64,000 nt of DNA from Candidatus Bathyarchaeota archaeon. GTDB taxonomy: Archaea; Thermoproteota; Bathyarchaeia; Bathyarchaeales; Bathycorpusculaceae. The translations under genes and the position numbers were made by a program. Each line of letters starts with the position of its first letter. Within the stretch, counting starts at the first letter, position 1. The notes beneath the pieces were generated by a model, which had not been told where the DNA came from, searched no databases, and saw only the letters and a list, made by a program, of their open reading frames with translations. This document shows, in pieces, positions 59,321 through 64,000 of this stretch. The stretch is from contig OY970176.1 of assembly GCA_963707955.1 (NCBI GenBank), positions 320,001 to 384,000 on the forward strand. Direction: 5' to 3'.

Positions 59321-59590
59321 TCATTCTTCACCAGTTATTTCCAAGATCACTCTTCCCTTAGGGTCTGGGCATTCCACGTCGATAACCTTGGGTAGCCAAT
59401 CGTTGGGTTCATCTGTTTTTCTCTGCTTAGCTGGCAGCAGTGGAAGCAGGCTGGAGAGGGCATAAATGCAAAAGTGCTTGTTCTCTCCGGGGAAGCTCAG
59501 TTTTCCGCCTTCAAGTCTGAAGCAGTCTCCGACTTTATGCGTGTCGCACGAACCACCGATTGCTTTAACTCTGACGATTAGAGTTTTCAT
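59321..59590 (-). CDS. TIGR04076-like small Cys protein
   Basis: GSCDTHKVGD.F..FCIYAL..LP..CPDP..VILEI. Confidence 0.8.
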   Translation of the reverse strand: MKTLIVRVKAIGGSCDTHKVGDCFRLEGGKLSFPGENKHFCIYALSSLLPLLPAKQRKTDEPNDWLPKVIDVECPDPKGRVILEITGEE

Positions 59591-59695
59591 GACGGTTCCA
59601 AAATGGATAAAAACAGCTTTCAACTTAAAGGTTTCTCACATAGAGTTTACCAACATCGTGTTGAACTTTCGTGGATGGAGACGTAGTTTTTCCAG

Positions 59696-60169
59696 ATGAA
59701 GAGAATATTGGTTAACGTTGACCGATGCTCTGGATGCAGAATGTGCGAATTAGCATGCTCGTTCAAACATGAAAAAGGGTTCAGGCCTTCCGCGTCGAGG
59801 ATAACCGTTTTGAAAGAGGACGGTTTAGGCTTCGACCTACCAGTCATGTGCTGGCACTGTAACCACTGCAAGCCAGCAGAAAGCTGCCCCGCAAACGCAT
59901 TGCAAAGAAACGCAGAAGGACTCATCTGCGTAGACGAAGAGAAGTGCACTGGCTGCGGTAACTGCGTTGAATTATGCCCTTCGGGCGCGATTAAACTTCA
60001 TCCCAATAAGCATATTCCTTTGCTATGCGACCAGTGCGGCGGAAGGCCGTTGTGTGTCGAAAAGTGCCCCACAAAAGCGTTAACGTACGCGGAAACGGAA
60101 AGACAGCAGCCTAAATCGTCGAACAGGGTTCTTGAAGAAACGTCTAGAAGGTGGAGGGTCACTGGGTAA
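59696..60169 (+). CDS. 4Fe-4S dicluster protein (AOR small subunit-like)
   Basis: CSGCRMCELAC, CWHC..CP, CTGCGNCVELCP, CDQC...CVEKCP. Confidence 0.93.
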   Translation: MKRILVNVDRCSGCRMCELACSFKHEKGFRPSASRITVLKEDGLGFDLPVMCWHCNHCKPAESCPANALQRNAEGLICVDEEKCTGCGNCVELCPSGAIKLHPNKHIPLLCDQCGGRPLCVEKCPTKALTYAETERQQPKSSNRVLEETSRRWRVTG

Positions 60170-62099
60170 GTATTTTGGCTACGCTGGCAGAATTCTCAGA
60201 GTAAACCTTACAAAGAACAAGGTTAGCATCAAGCCCACCGAAAAAAGATTGATAATGGAGTTTCTCGGTGGAAGAGGCTTCAACTCGAGGAGGCTCTACG
60301 AAGAAGTTCCCAAAGACGTCACTCCACTCTCCTCTGAGAACAAGCTCATGTTTGCGACGGGTCCTCTTGTCGGCACGGCTTTCCCTTTAGGAGCAAGATT
60401 CAACGTCAGCGCGAAGTCTCCGCTCACAGGAATACTGGGAGACTCAAATGCTGGAGGCCATTTTGCAGCGGAAATCAAGTTCGCCGGGTACGATCAGATA
60501 ATAGTTGAGGGAAGAAGCCCGAAGCCCTGCTACGTTTTCGTCCAAGACCAAGAAGTCAAAATCAAAGACGCAGAACATCTCGTGGGAAAAGACGTTTACG
60601 AAGCAACCGAAACCATAAGAAAAGATCTAGCGGACCGACACGTTCAAGTGGCAACGGTTGGTCCAGCAGCCGAAAACCTTGTCCTCTACGCGGGAATATT
60701 TGCTAATTTTGTTAGGCCGGCTGCCAGGACTGGAATGGGCACGGTTATGGCTTCCAAGAACCTGAAGGCCATAGCGCTGAGGGGAACGGGCAGCATCAAC
60801 ATCGCTGACTCCAATGCTTTCTGGAAAATCGTTGAAGAAGTGGAAAGAGAGACCTACGCTCATCCGCAGTACTGGCCGCGCAGAGAGATGGGAACGACCA
60901 GAATTCTAAGCCTCGCCGACAAGCTTGGGTTTCTGCCCACGAGACACTTCACCTCAGCCACTTTCGAGCACGCAGCCGAGGTGAGTGGTGAAAGATTGGC
61001 AAGAGAATACAACGTGAAGAACCGGGCATGCTTCTCATGCATAGTTCCGTGCAGCAGGATCTACACGATAAGAGAAGGAGATTACGCTGGCCTTCACGGT
61101 GAAGGACCGGAGTACGAGGCCCTGAGCAGTTTCACTGCCAGAGTTGGAAACGCAAACCTGAACCTGGCGTTGAAGGCTGTTGACCTAACAAACAGGCTGG
61201 GCCTGGACGCGATAACAACCGCCGAATGCATCGCCTGGGCAATGGAGCTCTATGAAAGAGGGCAGTTGACGAAAAAGGAAACAGGCGGGCTTGAACTGAA
61301 ATGGGGTAACGAAGAGGCAATACTCGGGCTGATCGCAAAAATAGCTTACCGAGACGGGTTTGGAGACCTGCTTGCTGACGGAGTGAAGAAAGCAGCCGAA
61401 AAACTTGGAAAGGGAAAGGAAATAGCTTTTCACGTGAAGGGCCTAGAGCTCATTCAGGCTGACCCTCGAGGCTTGAAGGGTTACGGCTTAGGCTACGCGG
61501 TCTCAAGCAGGGGAGCAGACCATTTGAGGTCCGAGCCTTTCCTAGAGCTAAGCGACGACCCAGACAAAGGCTTGAAAATGTTCGGCGTCCGCGAAGCAAC
61601 TCAGAGGCTCGCCTACAGAGGAAAGGGCAAACTGATACGTTACTGCGAAAACTGGTGCGCAATAATAGACTCCTTGGAAATCTGCAAAAACCTGGCCGAA
61701 AACATGGAACTCCTGCCCCTGGACAGAGCAGCCGAGATAACGAAGGCCGCAACGGGCTTTCCCTTCACAGAAGACATGATGTATGAAATCGGAGAAAGAA
61801 TAGTCAACCTTGAAAGAGCCTATCTTATCCGAGAAGGAATCACGAGAAAAGACGACTACTTACCAGCAAGATTCTTGAACGAACCTCTACCCGACGGAAA
61901 CTCGAAAGGATCAGTGTTCGAGATGGAGCCCATGCTTGATGAATACTATATGGAAAGAGGATGGAACTCCAACGGAGTCCCGAAAACAGAAAAACTGAGA
62001 GAAACGCGCCTAGAATACGTAATCCAAGATTTGAAAAGAAGCGCCATTCGAACCACGAAGAAAAAGAAAGTTAAAAAGTATGTAGAGAAAAATTATTAA
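60132..62099 (+). CDS. aor: Aldehyde:ferredoxin oxidoreductase family protein
   Basis: GYAGRILRVNLT, KSPLTG, AGYD, RTGMG.VM.SKNLKA, CFSC..PC, GPEYE, GLD, HVKGLE, RGADH, EYY..RGW. Confidence 0.95.
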   Translation: MKKRLEGGGSLGKYFGYAGRILRVNLTKNKVSIKPTEKRLIMEFLGGRGFNSRRLYEEVPKDVTPLSSENKLMFATGPLVGTAFPLGARFNVSAKSPLTGILGDSNAGGHFAAEIKFAGYDQIIVEGRSPKPCYVFVQDQEVKIKDAEHLVGKDVYEATETIRKDLADRHVQVATVGPAAENLVLYAGIFANFVRPAARTGMGTVMASKNLKAIALRGTGSINIADSNAFWKIVEEVERETYAHPQYWPRREMGTTRILSLADKLGFLPTRHFTSATFEHAAEVSGERLAREYNVKNRACFSCIVPCSRIYTIREGDYAGLHGEGPEYEALSSFTARVGNANLNLALKAVDLTNRLGLDAITTAECIAWAMELYERGQLTKKETGGLELKWGNEEAILGLIAKIAYRDGFGDLLADGVKKAAEKLGKGKEIAFHVKGLELIQADPRGLKGYGLGYAVSSRGADHLRSEPFLELSDDPDKGLKMFGVREATQRLAYRGKGKLIRYCENWCAIIDSLEICKNLAENMELLPLDRAAEITKAATGFPFTEDMMYEIGERIVNLERAYLIREGITRKDDYLPARFLNEPLPDGNSKGSVFEMEPMLDEYYMERGWNSNGVPKTEKLRETRLEYVIQDLKRSAIRTTKKKKVKKYVEKNY

Positions 62100-62114
62100 A
62101 AACGCGCGCCCCAT

Positions 62115-62252
62115 GTCGGCAATCGCATTCAAGGTGCTAACTATCATTGCCCAGCGTGCAAGATTTGCGTCTGCTTCGGCTGCGGGTTGAAAATGATAAG
62201 CAAAGAAAACTATCCTCTCAAGTGCCCAAAGTGTGGCGCAAAACTTCAATAA
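62115..62252 (+). pseudogene. Cys-rich zinc-finger/RING-like fragment lacking a clear start
   Basis: GNRIQGANYHCPACKICVCFGCGLKMISKENYPLKCPKCGAKLQ*, in frame just after the aor stop. Confidence 0.45.
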
Positions 62253-62385
62253 CAGCGCGCGCCTCGTGTCTCTTTGCTCAAAATGCGTCATCAAAAAATT
62301 ACCAAGCAAATCAATTTAGGAACGGATACGCACACGAACTGTTAGCGTCAAGGCTTACATAGTTCTTGTATGAACAGACAGGAAT

Positions 62386-63812
62386 CTAATCGAACCTGAC
62401 TCCTCGCCTAATTTCACTGATAACAGTTTTGATCCTAGGAATGTTGGTAAGAAGTACGGCGGTTCTGTAATGGCTCTTGGCCATTCTCGTTATTTGTTTT
62501 AGAAGTCTTCGGGGCGAAGATAGAATTCTCGGAAATAATCGTATATCATGGAGCGAATTTCTTCATATGGAACAGTGTTTGGCGAAACATCTGGCACGTA
62601 AACGCTTGCCTCCCAACACTCATCCTCATTGATCAGCCCCCTTTCCACCAAGTCATTCCAAATCTTTGTTCCAGAAATAGCACTGAGAATGTTTAAGGAG
62701 GGTATATCAATGTCTAGTTTTTGCGCAAACTTTAACGTGTTTTCTACTTCGCTTTTAGTTTCATCGGGAGCCCCAACTATAAACGAACCTACGATGATGT
62801 CTACACCAGCCTTTCTGGCTTTGCGTACAGCGTTGACGGATTCTTCAGGGGTTATCCCTTTATTGTAGTAATCTAGAATTCTCTGGTTCGCGCTTTCTAT
62901 CCCGAAATAAAGATTACTAAACCCAGCCTTCACCATGTGTCTAAGCATGTCGTATTCAGAGTTGTCAACTCTTGAATCACAAAACCATCGAATGCCCAAT
63001 CCTTCCTTCCTGATTTTCTGACAAAGCGTCTTGACTCTTTTTCTGTTTAGGGTAAAATTGTCGTCGACCAACAGAATTTCCTCATAACCTTCGCTTCGAA
63101 GCATTTGTAATTCGCTCATGATATTCTCAACAGACCTCGGTCTCCAAACCCCTCCAACAAATTTCCGGCATCCACAAAAAGCACAATGGAAAGAGCATCC
63201 CCTCGATGAAAGAAAGGTCGTAAACTTTCTCGTGGCAACCTTCACTCCGAAAATCGTTGATGTATATTCAGCATTCATCAGGTGCCGATCAGGAAAAGGA
63301 AGCTCATTAATGTCTTTGATGAGAGGCCTATCTGGAGTAGAAACGATTTCCCCATTATGCCTGAACGTTATACCGTCAACTTTTCGGATATCGCCTCCTT
63401 TCTCCAAACACTTTGCAAGATTAAGGCTCGTGTATTCTCCCTCTCCTCGAACGATCACGTCAACACAGGGATACTTTCTGAGAATCCTATTGTCGTTGAA
63501 GGTCGCGTGGTAGTTTCCCATAACAATCGTGACATTGGGATTCCATTCCTTCACGAGCTCCGCAATCTTCGGCGCCTCCGTCGCAGCACTCTGCAAAACC
63601 GAAAAACCCAAGATACCAGGATCTTCCTTCTTGACCCAGCTCAAAGCTTGCTCACGAGAGAAACCCTTTGCCGTTTGATCCAGCAAGGAAACATCTATCC
63701 CCTCCTTCGTCAGAACGCCCGCGATGTACAGCATACCCAACGGCGGCCAAGCCTTTGCGCACATATCCGCACTGCCCGGAGCTTGGCTCGGGTTTATGAA
63801 TGAAAACTTCAG
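62386..63812 (-). CDS. Cobalamin-binding radical SAM protein, paralogue of 17904..19334; frameshift near 62510
   Basis: WPPLGMLY, SSRGCSFHCAFC, FGIESANQRILDYYNK. A shifted frame gives LLKQITRMAKSHYR...RFD*, matching the paralogue C-terminus. Confidence 0.92.
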
Positions 63813-64000
63813 ACAGCTCACCTCACACAATGCATGAACCGCGCGCCCCGGTTCTGCCAAGTCTTCGGTTGATGCTTCTCAAGCAATTCTGTTCTTTACC
63901 CATGTTTTCTCACATCACTCTTTAACTGTCCATAGTAATTTTCCAAAATAAAGCTGTTGCATGTACTCTTTATATTGCATAACGTCTCTTGGGCTATTTA

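Noticed and set aside
2870-62510. Frameshifts in lonB, the NERD-like gene, aldolase-Fae, DUF72, the MBL hydrolase (two) and the radical SAM as real pseudogenes or widespread recoding
   Set aside because: They are single-base indels in otherwise undecayed genes scattered through the window; long-read assembly error is the simplest explanation.
474-63803. Many long antisense ORFs in the track (e.g. 13746..14597, 20111..20722, 27348..27926, 52625..53254, 63282..63803)
   Set aside because: They are shadows of well-supported genes on the opposite strand and carry no motifs.
1-64000. CRISPR array, rRNA or tRNA genes
   Set aside because: I saw no regularly spaced repeats or recognisable stable-RNA sequence on reading; a covariance-model scan would be needed to exclude intron-split tRNAs.

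Overview
Archaeal chromosomal DNA, most consistent with Bathyarchaeia (TACK). This is inferred from gene content and style (LonB, Nop5/fibrillarin, Trm1, TrmI, AOR, Fae, many PadR/wHTH regulators and B12 radical SAMs), not from a database search. It is gene-dense, with core genes (lonB, mobA, trmI, pncB, mtaB-like, cdrS-ftsZ, metG, hom, trm1, rnhB, flpA, nop5, pyrD, pyrK, aor) mixed with accessory patches. I found no tRNA, rRNA or CRISPR array. About seven single-base frameshifts in otherwise intact genes point to indel errors in the assembly. Best candidates for new biology: (1) a cassette at 33.2-40.3 kb with two PadR regulators, a non-canonical ComQ-like polyprenyl-synthase homologue, an unannotated 21-aa basic peptide gene with its own candidate promoter/operator, an MFS transporter and a membrane peptidase, plus decayed second copies of both the prenyl enzyme and the MFS, suggesting a prenylated-peptide signalling/RiPP system with cassette turnover; (2) a DapA-family aldolase fused to formaldehyde-activating enzyme (Fae); (3) an unannotated CdrS-like regulator in front of an FtsZ with a degenerate GTPase site; (4) a family of dispersed non-coding repeats; (5) a eukaryote-like peptide:N-glycanase core domain; (6) a ribbon-helix-helix switch at the left edge and an IS5-like remnant.
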